This document shows, piece after piece, positions 46,269 through 56,521 of a stretch of DNA of 64,000 nucleotides. The translations under genes were made by a program, and so were the position numbers. This DNA is from Pseudobdellovibrionaceae bacterium (GTDB taxonomy: Bacteria; Bdellovibrionota; Bdellovibrionia; Bdellovibrionales; UBA1609): contig JAMLIO010000002.1 in NCBI GenBank assembly GCA_023954155.1, positions 130,221 through 194,220 of the forward strand, in the 5' to 3' direction. The notes under the pieces are model-generated. The model saw only the letters and a list, made by a program, of their open reading frames with translations. It did not search any database and was not told the origin of the DNA. Position 1 is the first letter of the stretch. Each line of letters starts with the position of its first letter.

Positions 46269-47285
46269 TTAAAAGCCCTTCCACATCAAAAGTTGTTCTA
46301 GCTTTTCATTTACAATTTTACTGACAGGCTCAGAGATCATGTCCACCAATGATTTTTTCTTGCGGGTGCGGATTTCAAAGATGTCGAAGTCTTTATGTTT
46401 TGAAAAAACAAAATCTTCGCTGGTGCTGATTCCGTCGGCTAACTTTAGGTCTACGCATTGATTTCCAAACCAATATTCACCTGTAGCCACTTGATCAATA
46501 TCCACTTGCGGGCGGTTTTGTGTCACAAAGTTTTTAAAAAGCTGATGGATGTCCTCGAGTTGATCTACAAACTTGGCTCGTCCTTTGTCAGTATTTTCTC
46601 CAAATACAGTCAGAGTTCTTTTGTAATTTCCTGCTGTGAGCACTTCATAATCAATGTCATTTTTTTTCAGGAGCTTATGAAAGTTAGGAAGTTGAGCGAC
46701 AACGCCAATAGAACCTAAAATAGCAAAAGGGGCCGTAAGAATTTCATCAGCCACACAGGCCATCATATAGCCTCCGCTGGCAGCCACTTTATCGACACAC
46801 ACAGTAAGTTTCAGCCCTGCATTTTTAATTCTTAAAAGCTCAGAGGCAGCTAGACCATATCCGCTCACCATACCGCCAGGGCTTTCAAGTTTAAGCATGA
46901 CTTGGTCTTGTGGGCGTGCGGCCTGAAGTAGGTAAGTGATTTCAGATTTTAAATCTTCGGTTTGGGAGGCCTTAATGTCACCCTCAAAGCTTAAAACAAA
47001 TAAACGTTTTTTTTCTTCAGAAGTGGCCTGTTTTTTATTTTTCTTCTTTTGTTTTTTGACTTCTTTTTTAAGAGCCTTGGCCTGTTTGGGGTCGGCAAAC
47101 TTAACTTGCAGTTCTTTTTCGCGCTCTTTAAGTTTTTTAGATGTGTTGGTCATTTGCAAAGTGCTTTTGTCTCCAGCCTTAGCCTTAAGTGAAGCACTGA
47201 GGATGTAAGATAGGGCAATAATGAATGCAAAAAGGATGACAGCTGTTTTTAAGAAAAAAACTCCAAATTCAATGACATGTTCCAT
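46269..47285 (-). CDS. sohB: S49-family peptidase (SohB/SppA-like)
   Basis: N-terminal TM helix, Lys-rich linker, then the ClpP/crotonase-fold region (LFVLSFEGDIKAS, SPGGMVSGYG, VAASGGYMMA). Confidence 0.85.
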   Translation of the reverse strand: MEHVIEFGVFFLKTAVILFAFIIALSYILSASLKAKAGDKSTLQMTNTSKKLKEREKELQVKFADPKQAKALKKEVKKQKKKNKKQATSEEKKRLFVLSFEGDIKASQTEDLKSEITYLLQAARPQDQVMLKLESPGGMVSGYGLAASELLRIKNAGLKLTVCVDKVAASGGYMMACVADEILTAPFAILGSIGVVAQLPNFHKLLKKNDIDYEVLTAGNYKRTLTVFGENTDKGRAKFVDQLEDIHQLFKNFVTQNRPQVDIDQVATGEYWFGNQCVDLKLADGISTSEDFVFSKHKDFDIFEIRTRKKKSLVDMISEPVSKIVNEKLEQLLMWKGF

Positions 47286-47371
47286 GAGTATCTCCTAGTC
47301 CTTTTACAGATATCTGCTTTTCTAGGCCCAATTGTCTATGTTAAACTCGAAGTGACACGGAGGGCTGATCT

Positions 47372-47887
47372 ATGTGCTTTTTAACTAGAGTATGTTTTGT
47401 GATGGGCCTAGGTCTGTTGGTGGGGCTAAGTACGGCATTTTCTGCTGTGACTCCTGAGAAGACCACAAAGGCCAAATACGATGATTTTTATTCACGACAA
47501 AAAAAACTAAAGCAATTCGATAAGGACAGAACCAGCAACACTGATGCCTTTAAACAAAAGCGTCAAAATGCAGATAAAAAATACGAAGAGGCCCGCCAGC
47601 AGTATGTGAAAAAGAGAAAGTCTGATCGTGCAGAAGAAAAAGAACGTAAGGCTGAGCAGTGGATGCAAGACCAACAAAAGCGACATGAAGCTCAAAGAGA
47701 AAAAGCGCGCGCCAACTATTTAGCAGGTAAAAAGCAAAAATTGAAATATGCTATTCCAGAAAAAGAGGAGTTTGATCTTCATCCTCCACCGCTACAGAAA
47801 AAAGAAGTAAAAGAAGAGCCACGTCGACCAAGAGCTTCTAGGTTTGAGGGGCGAGATCTTCGAGGGTCAGGCCGCTTAAGATTTTAA
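47372..47887 (+). CDS. hypothetical secreted Lys/Glu-rich protein
   Basis: Signal peptide then a highly charged sequence. The 3' end overlaps the convergent gene by 50 nt, so the true stop or reading frame is uncertain. Confidence 0.5.
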   Translation: MCFLTRVCFVMGLGLLVGLSTAFSAVTPEKTTKAKYDDFYSRQKKLKQFDKDRTSNTDAFKQKRQNADKKYEEARQQYVKKRKSDRAEEKERKAEQWMQDQQKRHEAQREKARANYLAGKKQKLKYAIPEKEEFDLHPPPLQKKEVKEEPRRPRASRFEGRDLRGSGRLRF

Positions 47888-48563
47888 TCTGTCTGAAAAA
47901 ATCCCAGAGAATGAATCCCAGAAAAAACATTAAAGGTAAGCTGATCACCAGCATCCCCATCCAGTTCATTTGGGCAATCTGAGTGTTGAGCACATCTTTT
48001 TGCTGTTCCAATGTCTGTGTTGTATCTAAAGGTTGGAAGATATAAAGTCCTAAAAAATAGTTCAGCACACTGCTGATAAAAAATGAAATGGAAAGCAAGT
48101 AGGTGGAGCGATTGAGTTGCTTTTCAAATTGCGTCTGGTGCCCTTGCTCTTCAATTTTTTGTTTTAAGAGATCAGAGTTTAAAACCCCAGATTTCAGAAT
48201 TAAAAAAGACATAAATGGTTTTTTCATACGAATAGAGGCCAAAACCCCAAGTCCTAAGATCAAGGGCACAGCGGCCTCTTTGATCGCAAACCAGTGACCT
48301 TGAAGGGTTGCCAGCGCAAATCCCCCAGTGACCAGTGTATTGATGAAACCAATGATGGACAGAAGGTTTTTGTTGTCTCGACGAATGTAATCTAGAAGCC
48401 CATAGAATAGGGGAAAGCAGAGAGCCACAATAAGGGAAAGAGTGGCCGCTCCGTCAAAACCACCGAGTAGTTTCCCCCCTTTTTGCAAAATGAGAACAGG
48501 GATGATGAGATTGAATGCTAAACTGAGGAATACGTTTTCCTGTTGTGGTTTTTTGCTAGCCAT
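47838..48563 (-). CDS. multi-pass inner-membrane protein (unknown function)
   Basis: Start at the internal ATG (MASKKPQQENVFLSLAFNLIIPVLIL). About 6 hydrophobic segments. Confidence 0.7.
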   Translation of the reverse strand: MASKKPQQENVFLSLAFNLIIPVLILQKGGKLLGGFDGAATLSLIVALCFPLFYGLLDYIRRDNKNLLSIIGFINTLVTGGFALATLQGHWFAIKEAAVPLILGLGVLASIRMKKPFMSFLILKSGVLNSDLLKQKIEEQGHQTQFEKQLNRSTYLLSISFFISSVLNYFLGLYIFQPLDTTQTLEQQKDVLNTQIAQMNWMGMLVISLPLMFFLGFILWDFFRQIKILSGLTLEDLAPQT

Positions 48564-48592
48564 TGTTTGTCCTTCCATAGTAAGAATTTGGC

Positions 48593-49810
48593 ATGAACAC
48601 AGTTGATATCCCATCCCCAAAGCAAAGCGTCACAGTCTCTTCGGCCATTTTTTGGGGTCCAGTTTTATTGGCCTTCTTCAGTCTGATCACATTAGGGTGG
48701 CTCGACAATGCTAGAGGTCCACTTTATCCCCAAATTCTAGAGGGATTAAGCTTAAGTCATGTGCAAGGGGGAGCTTTTTTTGCTGTGGCTTCCTTTATGG
48801 CAGTGATTGCTAATTTTTTAGTGCCCACATTGCTGAAATACTTTTCTTCGGTGAGCACTTTACTTATTGGACTGGTGTGCACGATGATCTTTGTGGTGGG
48901 ACTGTCATTTTCCACGTGCTTTGAAATTTTAATAGGCGCAGCTGTCTTTTTTGGTTTAGCTTTGGGGATCATTATGGTCACCATCAATATTGTGATTGAA
49001 GAGTTTGTGCCTAAGTCCAAGCAAAGGTCATTCTTATCTGTGATGCACTCTTTGTATGGACTGGCGGCCTTTCTATCGCCTCTGCTGATTGGGTATATCC
49101 TTGCATGGCCCATCAAGTGGTCCAATGCCTTTTTGCCCATACTCTTTGTAAGTGTTCCGTTATTTATCTTTGGTGTGTGGCAGTGTTTACGAGTGAAAAA
49201 AGGTCAGGTGCCCTCTGCTGGAGTGGTGTCAGAAGTGGGTCTAAGTGCAGATTTGATGGTGACTCACAAAAAAGAGGTGTTGATCTTTTGGAGTTTATTT
49301 CTTGCATGTTATGTGTCTAGTGAACTCTACTTTTCCACACGATTGACTATTCTATATCAGGAAGGGTTGGGACAGAATTTGGAGCTATCCAGAAAGTTTC
49401 TGTCTTTTTTCTTTTTAGGGCTTTTTGTTGGTCGAGTGATCAATAGTGTTTTGCCTGTCAAAGTCAGTGGGAAAAGCATTATCATGCTGTCGCTTCTTAC
49501 GTCTTTGATCTGGTTGATATTTTGTATTGTATTTGAACCCACATGGATATGGTTTATGGGATTTCTAATGGCTCCTGTTTACCCCGTGACTGTCTCTGAA
49601 ATTGCTAAACAGGCAGGACATGAATTTAAAAAGATTTCAGCGATGGCCATTGCTGTCAGTTCTTTTGTGGTGGTGATCATGCACATGCTTGCGGGGGTGA
49701 TCGCAGATGAGTGGGGTTTAAAAAACTCCATGTATATTCCTGTCTGTTTTTTGATCTTAGGTTTGGGGCTTGTTGTCACAAACTGGCCTCGATTAGATTT
49801 CTCTAAGTGA
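48593..49810 (+). CDS. MFS transporter
   Basis: 405 aa, 12 predicted TM segments, typical MFS loop motifs. Confidence 0.85.
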   Translation: MNTVDIPSPKQSVTVSSAIFWGPVLLAFFSLITLGWLDNARGPLYPQILEGLSLSHVQGGAFFAVASFMAVIANFLVPTLLKYFSSVSTLLIGLVCTMIFVVGLSFSTCFEILIGAAVFFGLALGIIMVTINIVIEEFVPKSKQRSFLSVMHSLYGLAAFLSPLLIGYILAWPIKWSNAFLPILFVSVPLFIFGVWQCLRVKKGQVPSAGVVSEVGLSADLMVTHKKEVLIFWSLFLACYVSSELYFSTRLTILYQEGLGQNLELSRKFLSFFFLGLFVGRVINSVLPVKVSGKSIIMLSLLTSLIWLIFCIVFEPTWIWFMGFLMAPVYPVTVSEIAKQAGHEFKKISAMAIAVSSFVVVIMHMLAGVIADEWGLKNSMYIPVCFLILGLGLVVTNWPRLDFSK

Positions 49811-49900
49811 TGCGCTGCAAGTTATTGGTCAGCCCATTTCGCACTATGATGTATATGCAAAAATACAGTTTTTTAGCAAAAAACAACATTGAGGTGAAAG

Positions 49901-51202
49901 ATGAGGATGTTTATAGCTGTAGCATTTCTGGTGTTTGGAATGGCTCAGGCGTCAGCCCAGGAACTGAAGTTAAACGTAGAAAAGTATAAACTCAAAAATG
50001 GAATGACGGTCTTACTTCATAAAGACAATCGTGTGCCTATGGTGACGGTCAACCAATGGTATCATGTAGGGTCTTACGATGAAGAACCTCACCGTACAGG
50101 CTTAGCCCATTTCTTTGAGCACTTGATGTTTAAAGGAACAAAAAAATATGCTTCAGGATCTTTTGATGCGATGTTGACAGAGCTGGGGGCTTCTAACAAC
50201 GCCTTCACCTCTTCAGATTATACGGGCTACTACGAGATGCTTCCTGCTGCGGGACTTGAAAAGGTGTTAGAGCTAGAGGCCGATCGTATGGTGAATCTGA
50301 CCCTAGACATGGATGAAATCCAAAAAGAAAGAGAAGTGGTCAAAGAAGAACGCCGTATGCGTGTGGATAACTCTCCCTCGGGTTTAGCTTTTGAAACATT
50401 GATGGGTATGACCTTTGAGGGGCATCCTTATGGTTGGTCTGTGATTGGTTCTATGGATCACTTAAACGCCACCTCTATGGATGACTTTAAGGCTTTTTAT
50501 AAAAAATATTATGCCCCTAATAATTCAGTCTTAGTGATTGTGGGGGATTTTAATGTCGAGCAGGTGAAAAATTGGATTGATAAATACTATGCTGCTATTC
50601 CTGCTTCTGAAATTCAAAAAAAACAACCACCAGCGTTTAAACCTCAAACCGCAAGAAGATATAAACGCATCGAGAAGTTTGATACTCGTATGCAAGGAAT
50701 CTTTTTTAGAGTGCCTGGCATTGGTCAAAAGGATGCCTATGTTTTAGATATTCTGGCTGAGGCTTTGGGTGGTGGTGAAGACAGTCGTTTGCATAAATCT
50801 TTAGTAGATCAAATGCGACTAGCTTCTAACGTGAGTGCGTGGAACTATTCTCTCAATCACAGTGGGGTGCTGGGGCTTAACATCAATATGATTGGCAAAA
50901 GTCGCTTTGATCTTGTTGAGAGTGAAATTTTACGTGAGCTTGAAAGAATCAAACAAAAAGGTCTGTCAGAGACAGAGCTAAAGCGAACTAAAGATCGCAT
51001 CATGCTTGACTTCACCACGGCACTGGCGACTGGAAGTGGTAAAGGGCGAGTTCTTGCGGCCACAGAGTTGATCCGTGGAGACTATAAAGAGTTCTTTAAT
51101 GATTTAAAGGTTTATGAGTCTGTGACAAATGATGAAATCAAACAAGCGGCAAAGAAGTACCTCTCCAGAAATCAAGCCAATGTATTGAGCTTAGGAAAGT
51201 AA
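49901..51202 (+). CDS. M16-family zinc peptidase (active subunit)
   Basis: Signal peptide. Inverted zinc motif HFFEHLMFKGT with a downstream Glu. Confidence 0.9.
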   Translation: MRMFIAVAFLVFGMAQASAQELKLNVEKYKLKNGMTVLLHKDNRVPMVTVNQWYHVGSYDEEPHRTGLAHFFEHLMFKGTKKYASGSFDAMLTELGASNNAFTSSDYTGYYEMLPAAGLEKVLELEADRMVNLTLDMDEIQKEREVVKEERRMRVDNSPSGLAFETLMGMTFEGHPYGWSVIGSMDHLNATSMDDFKAFYKKYYAPNNSVLVIVGDFNVEQVKNWIDKYYAAIPASEIQKKQPPAFKPQTARRYKRIEKFDTRMQGIFFRVPGIGQKDAYVLDILAEALGGGEDSRLHKSLVDQMRLASNVSAWNYSLNHSGVLGLNINMIGKSRFDLVESEILRELERIKQKGLSETELKRTKDRIMLDFTTALATGSGKGRVLAATELIRGDYKEFFNDLKVYESVTNDEIKQAAKKYLSRNQANVLSLGK

Positions 51203-51232
51203 TTCTTGGACATGGAATTTTAGGAAGTGAAT

Positions 51233-52711
51233 ATGAAACAATTTAATAATGAGAAAAATAATACGAGTGATCAAATGCAAAAGACAGGATCGTGGATAAC
51301 ATCTTTATGTTCTTTCGTTCTAGGAATTTTACTGATAGCGGGTCTGGGTGGATGTTCTTCAACCTCCTCTACTGCGACCACAAAATTTCATTTTCCCCAG
51401 TTTGAAACTGTGGTTTTAGAAAATGGTGTGACTCTCTATTTTGTTAAAGATTCTAGCTTACCCTACATGAGCTTACAGGCTTTGTTTGATGTAGGTTCAT
51501 CCTTAGACCCTGCGGGCAAAGAGGGCTCAGCAGTACTTATGTTTGAAATGTTAAAAGAAGGTTCAAAAAACCGTCCTGGCTCTAAACTTAAAGAGGCCTA
51601 CTCTAACTTAGGAACCTCGTTGTCTGTCAGTGTAGAGCGTGATTTTGCGTCCTTAAGAACCAAAGCTTTATCCAAATACAGTGATCAGGCGACCAGTCTA
51701 TTTGTTGAGACCATCACCTCACCTGAATTTGGTAAAAAAGAATTTGAAAGACGCAGAAACTCCCAAGTGGCTGAACTGGAACGCTTCATGGAAAGTCCTC
51801 AGGTTTTTGTCAGCATGTTATTTTACTTTAATCTTTTTGGAAAAGATCATGCTTATGGAATGCCTGTTCCAGGAACCTTATCTGCGGTCAAAGGTATGAA
51901 TGTCGCCGATATCGAAAACTTCTATAAAAGCTACATGAATCCTTCACGTATGCACATTGCCATATCTGGGCTTTACTCTGAATCTTCTAAGCAGATTTTA
52001 ATGCAGAAGTTAGGAGCCTTAAAGGCCCATGAGGGTTCGAACTTAAAGGCCAAGACCTTTGCGCAAGTGAAAGAGGTGCCTACAAAGATCATCTTTGTGG
52101 ATAAACCTAATATGGCTCAAGCAGAAGTGCGTATTGGTTACCAGAGTATGAAGCGTAACAATCCTGAATTTGTTAAATTTCAGGTTGCAAATGGAGTTGT
52201 TGCGGGAGGTGATTTTTCATCTCGCTTGATGCAAGAGGCGCGTGTGAAGCGTGGACTTGTGTATGGCATTCACGGTTCCCCACAAGGTTTAAAAGAAGAG
52301 GGCCCAATTATATTTGCGGCTTCTACTCGTCATGAAAAGATCTCAGAACTTTTACAAGTGGTCTTACAACAGGTTGAAAGCGCTCGTTTAGATGGCGTCA
52401 CAGCTAAAGAGTTAAAAGATCAAAAAGCGACCATCTTAGGACAGCTTCCTAGAAGTTTTGAAACCACAGAGTCCTACATTGCCAGAGTCATGCAGTATAA
52501 ACTTTATGGTTTTGATGAAGACTATTTAAATACTTATGTCAAAGATGTGGCGTCAGTTTCAGTCAAAGATGCAAGTGCTATATTGGCTAAATACTACAGA
52601 AACACAAATTTACAAATCACAATCCTAGGTTCAAAAGCCAGTTTGACTCCAGACTTTGAAGAGCTGGGCATTCCTATTGAATACAAAAACTACAAGTCTT
52701 TGGGGCTTTAG
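51233..52711 (+). CDS. M16-family peptidase-like lipoprotein (no HxxEH motif, probably non-catalytic partner)
   Basis: ATG at 51233 with AGGAAG SD. Lipobox LGGC. M16 fold-type sequence but lacking the zinc motif. Confidence 0.85.
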   Translation: MKQFNNEKNNTSDQMQKTGSWITSLCSFVLGILLIAGLGGCSSTSSTATTKFHFPQFETVVLENGVTLYFVKDSSLPYMSLQALFDVGSSLDPAGKEGSAVLMFEMLKEGSKNRPGSKLKEAYSNLGTSLSVSVERDFASLRTKALSKYSDQATSLFVETITSPEFGKKEFERRRNSQVAELERFMESPQVFVSMLFYFNLFGKDHAYGMPVPGTLSAVKGMNVADIENFYKSYMNPSRMHIAISGLYSESSKQILMQKLGALKAHEGSNLKAKTFAQVKEVPTKIIFVDKPNMAQAEVRIGYQSMKRNNPEFVKFQVANGVVAGGDFSSRLMQEARVKRGLVYGIHGSPQGLKEEGPIIFAASTRHEKISELLQVVLQQVESARLDGVTAKELKDQKATILGQLPRSFETTESYIARVMQYKLYGFDEDYLNTYVKDVASVSVKDASAILAKYYRNTNLQITILGSKASLTPDFEELGIPIEYKNYKSLGL

Positions 52712-52774
52712 AAATAAAAAAAACTCAGATGCCTGTTTGGGTCACCTGAGTGGGGAAACATTTTAGAAGTAGAG

Positions 52775-52804
52775 GCCAATTTAGACATCTAAATTGGCTT
52801 TTTT
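52775..52804 (+). terminator. Rho-independent terminator after the M16 pair
   Basis: 10-bp stem gccaatttag / ctaaattggc, 4-nt loop, T-tract 52799-52804. Confidence 0.8.
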
Positions 52805-52805
52805 A

Positions 52806-53564
52806 TTAACCACGTTTTTTAAATTTATCTTTTTGTAGCATATAGAAACCCGCACCACCTGCGGCCACAAGAAGAAGCCCGATGAGGATGCGTGTTGCGG
52901 TTTGGTTGTCACCACCAGATTCTGCATACATGTTTTCATCACCCAATTCGCTTTCGTCTAAAGTGGCGCCTATGGGTAGTGCATACAGATCGTCTTCTCT
53001 TTTGCGTAGGGCTCCACCTGATCCTGCTAAGATGTCATCAGAGGCTACGATTCTTAAAGACTGAATGGCTTTCATAAAGTCTTGGGCATATTTGGCGTAA
53101 TGATCCTTGTGGGCACTAAAGGTCACAAGAACTGCAATCTGTCCTTTTACTGTAGCAAGATAGCGAGTGTAGTACTCTTGCACCTCACTGCCTAAATGAA
53201 TCCCATCCATCCAGTCTTGCATAGAAATTTTACGAGGCCGTACTTGTTTGATTTGTGATTTGTACTTTTGACCTTTGGCATTTACGAGGTTGCGCTCTGT
53301 TTTTAAGTGTCCCTCATACAAAGTTAAAGAGTCACTTGGCCCTTTTTCTTTAGCCGTTAGGATGATGATCGCTTCACGCTTTTCGTTATTTTTCTTTACA
53401 AATTTATTGATACAAACCCATTCAGTACCTTCAAGCTCACAGTCCCAATTTGCAGGAAGCTCAAACTGTACGTAAGAGTTTTTAAATAATTTAGCATGTA
53501 CACTTGGGGCGACAAATAGAAGTCCAAAGATGCAAAGACCAGTAAGTATGATGTGTGTTCTCAT
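52806..53564 (-). CDS. hypothetical secreted protein with C-terminal membrane anchor
   Basis: ATG at 53564 with GGAG SD (MRTHIILTGLCIFGLLFVAPSVHA). C-terminal TM helix (ILIGLLLVAAGGAGFYML). Confidence 0.7.
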   Translation of the reverse strand: MRTHIILTGLCIFGLLFVAPSVHAKLFKNSYVQFELPANWDCELEGTEWVCINKFVKKNNEKREAIIILTAKEKGPSDSLTLYEGHLKTERNLVNAKGQKYKSQIKQVRPRKISMQDWMDGIHLGSEVQEYYTRYLATVKGQIAVLVTFSAHKDHYAKYAQDFMKAIQSLRIVASDDILAGSGGALRKREDDLYALPIGATLDESELGDENMYAESGGDNQTATRILIGLLLVAAGGAGFYMLQKDKFKKRG

Positions 53565-53631
53565 GTTGTTCTCCATAATGTGATTTTACACATTATGGAG
53601 AAGATTCAAAACGCTTATCAAGGGAACAGGT

Positions 53632-55431
53632 CTAAGGTTGGCTTGCTAGATTTGTAGATGTTGGAGTAGGTACTGGAGCTAGATCAAGGGCTGAGTTTGC
53701 GGTTAAGACTTTTCCAGATAAAATTTTACCTTCAAGAGCACTGGCCTTATGTCCTGCTTGTTTAAGGATTTGGCTGACTTCAGGCGCGGTCAAAGAAGAA
53801 TTATAAGAAAACACAAGAGCGGCAATTCCCACAGCAATGGGTGTGGACATGGAAGTTCCTTGCGAAGGAAAGAATAAAAGTCCATCGGGGTTAGGGATGT
53901 AAGTGGAATACAGCATTCCATCGTAGGGTCTGCGATTTGCAAAATCAAAATCTTCTCCACCATAAGTGGCGATGTGTACGCTCTTAGAGCCGAAATTAGA
54001 GTAGTAAGACAGGCGATCAAACTCATTGACGGCGGCCACACTGAGAAGATTAGGAGAAGTGAGCCCTGAAGGCATGTGCAGAATTCTATCTGTGTCGATG
54101 CCTAAGCCCGAGTTAGGATCGCCATTTCCAGCAGCAGCGACAAGAAGCACATCTGCGTGTTCAGCAAGTTTTAAGATTCGATTTTCAATGGCAGCTGGTG
54201 GACGGTAGCTCCCAAAGGACATGTTGATGACCTTGGCTCCCATTTCAATGGCGTAAGTTAAACCTTGTAGTGTCGTTCCTAGGTCTGACATGGCCTCGGC
54301 ATTAGATACTTTTACGGGTAAAATTTTAGCATCAGGGGCTACACCCAAAAGTTTTCCTGCAGCAAGACCAGCGATATGGCTTCCGTGTCCATTGTCATCA
54401 AAAGGGTAGGGGTCATTGTTGACGAAATCCCAACCATGGATGTCCCCGCGATAGCCATTGCCATCTTGATCTGAATTATAATCGGTTTCTTTAGTATTGA
54501 TAAAGATATTGTCTACAAGGTGGGGGTGGTTATAGTTCACACCACTGTCAACCACAGCGATTAAAACACCTTGGCCCGTAGATTTTTTATGAGCTTGTCC
54601 AAGTTCTAGCTTGTGTAAAAACTTTTGCACTGAAACACGGGCATCCATAGCTACTACAGAAGGCTTAAACTCTTCATTTCCTGTAACTAAAAGTTTAGCG
54701 GTTTCAACATGGCACACACTTTTGATGTCTTGAGCAACAACAAGGATGCGGTAAACACCCATGGTGTCCAAAGTTAATCTTAAAGTTTGATCCGCATAGA
54801 TGTCTTTGGCATGAGAGCCTAGTGGAGATTCAATAACAAAGGACAGTTTTAAGTCTCCACCCGTGAAGGCATGAGGTTGGCTTTGAGACGCATCTAAGAT
54901 CACAGTCTCGCCGATCTCCAGAGGGGCTCGTCGCTTTAAATTGTCTGAAACAGGTAGAATTTTGATGACAGGTTTTAGGCCGTTGCTTTTGCAAGTTTGA
55001 AAGTTAATCTCTTCGCCGATCACTTTTAAGCCGTGGTATTGAGTGTTATCAATTAAGTCTTGAGCCGCAGAGAAATTTTGGGCCGCAAAAAGCCCCGTCA
55101 ATGTGTCAGCATCACTGGTGCTTTGTTTTTTGATATAAAATTCATTCTTTTGAATCAGAGCGGAAGGAAAATGTTTAGCAAGCTCTTCGTGGCTGTCTTC
55201 GGAAAGGACTTCATAAAATCCATGCTGTTCGGAAAGAATGCGTATTTGTGCAGCAGGCTTTGCTGATAAATACTTTTCTTTTTCGCTAGGTTCTGCTCCT
55301 AAAATAAGCTGACCTAACTCACTTTCGCTTTGTGGTGCGCCATATCTGACTTGATCTGCACCGCCACAAGCGATAAGAAGGTGAGTCATTGATACTAGAA
55401 AAATTCCTTTAGTGACGAAAAAAGACTTCAT
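53632..55431 (-). CDS. S8-family (subtilisin-like) serine protease lipoprotein
   Basis: Lipobox LLIACGG. Catalytic triad motifs VAVVDSGV (Asp), GHGSHIAG (His), GTSMSTP (Ser). Confidence 0.92.
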   Translation of the reverse strand: MKSFFVTKGIFLVSMTHLLIACGGADQVRYGAPQSESELGQLILGAEPSEKEKYLSAKPAAQIRILSEQHGFYEVLSEDSHEELAKHFPSALIQKNEFYIKKQSTSDADTLTGLFAAQNFSAAQDLIDNTQYHGLKVIGEEINFQTCKSNGLKPVIKILPVSDNLKRRAPLEIGETVILDASQSQPHAFTGGDLKLSFVIESPLGSHAKDIYADQTLRLTLDTMGVYRILVVAQDIKSVCHVETAKLLVTGNEEFKPSVVAMDARVSVQKFLHKLELGQAHKKSTGQGVLIAVVDSGVNYNHPHLVDNIFINTKETDYNSDQDGNGYRGDIHGWDFVNNDPYPFDDNGHGSHIAGLAAGKLLGVAPDAKILPVKVSNAEAMSDLGTTLQGLTYAIEMGAKVINMSFGSYRPPAAIENRILKLAEHADVLLVAAAGNGDPNSGLGIDTDRILHMPSGLTSPNLLSVAAVNEFDRLSYYSNFGSKSVHIATYGGEDFDFANRRPYDGMLYSTYIPNPDGLLFFPSQGTSMSTPIAVGIAALVFSYNSSLTAPEVSQILKQAGHKASALEGKILSGKVLTANSALDLAPVPTPTSTNLASQP

Positions 55432-55513
55432 GTCTTATACCCCCATCTGTTCCCACAATTATTCTGGCCTAAGGTCCTGAATAAAGTCATCTAAAGAAAA
55501 ATTTACACTGCTG

Positions 55514-55528
55514 ATAAGTTATGCTTAT
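55514..55528. promoter_or_regulatory. candidate LysR-type (T-N11-A) box ATAAG-TTATG-CTTAT
   Basis: Palindrome in the divergent S8 protease / LysR intergenic region, about 80 nt from each start codon. Confidence 0.3.
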
Positions 55529-55606
55529 ACTTTGTTGCCATCCTGCACTAATATAAGGATTTGAGGATGATGCGTATTACAAAAACGCATAATGGAGGCT
55601 AAAATC

Positions 55607-56509
55607 ATGAATATTCAGCAATTAGCAACGTTTTGTACGGTCGTCAGCGAAGGAAGTATGACTGCTGCGGCTGAAAAACTGTTTTTGACTCAGCCCGCAG
55701 TGAGCCAACAGATCCGAAACTTAGAGGATGAAGTCAATTGTGAGCTTTTGGTTAGGGGTGTGCGTAGCGTTAAACCGACCCTGCAAGGGCAGCTTTTATA
55801 TGATTACGCTAAGCGCATTTTGCATCTGACAGAGCAAGCCGAAGTGGCTTTGCAGGCCATGTCCAACGAACTTTCAGGTGAAATCCGCATTGGGACCTTA
55901 AACTCTTTGGGACTTTACCTTATCAGCCCTGTCATTGGTCTGTTTATGAAGCACAATACAAAACTTAAGATCAAATTGATTTATGGCTCGATCCATAACC
56001 TAGTGAAAGACTTAGATGAGGATCAGTTAGATGTTCTTATTTTGCCAGAGCCTACTTTTGAAGTTTCAGATAAATTTAAAAGCTTAGGTAAAAAGTTTTT
56101 AATGACAGATGAAATGTGGCTGGTAGGTTCAGGTCGTGACTCGTCTTTACCACAAAGAGTGGCTTTAAAAGATTACGTTGCCAATCAAGTGATCTATTTC
56201 ACCGACAAGTACGTCGGATTCCAAGCCCAACTTGATGAACATCTCAAAGCTCAAGGTTTAAAATTAAACCCCATTTTTGAATCCGATAACGTAGGTACAT
56301 TAAAACGAGTGATCGAAACTGGCCTAGGCTGGGGCTTCTTACCCGCTCACAGCATTAAAAAACAAGTACGCACAGGCCGCCTAAGTAAAATCATGGTGGA
56401 AGACGTCCGCTTTAGCACATCTGTAAACATGTATTATAAAAACACAAAAGAAGTGAACGATATTGTTGAGGTGCTTTTCCGCGCCGTCCGCCAACAAGCC
56501 CTAAACTAA
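55607..56509 (+). CDS. LysR-family transcriptional regulator
   Basis: ATG at 55607 with GGAGG SD. HTH MTAAAEKLFLTQPAVSQQIRNLE. LysR substrate-binding domain. Confidence 0.9.
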   Translation: MNIQQLATFCTVVSEGSMTAAAEKLFLTQPAVSQQIRNLEDEVNCELLVRGVRSVKPTLQGQLLYDYAKRILHLTEQAEVALQAMSNELSGEIRIGTLNSLGLYLISPVIGLFMKHNTKLKIKLIYGSIHNLVKDLDEDQLDVLILPEPTFEVSDKFKSLGKKFLMTDEMWLVGSGRDSSLPQRVALKDYVANQVIYFTDKYVGFQAQLDEHLKAQGLKLNPIFESDNVGTLKRVIETGLGWGFLPAHSIKKQVRTGRLSKIMVEDVRFSTSVNMYYKNTKEVNDIVEVLFRAVRQQALN

Positions 56510-56521
56510 AACACCAACTGA

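Noticed and set aside
47838-47887. 50-nt convergent overlap of two CDS as a regulatory antisense arrangement
   Set aside because: More likely the Lys/Glu-rich ORF at 47372..47887 is over-extended at its low-complexity 3' end. There is no independent evidence for functional overlap.
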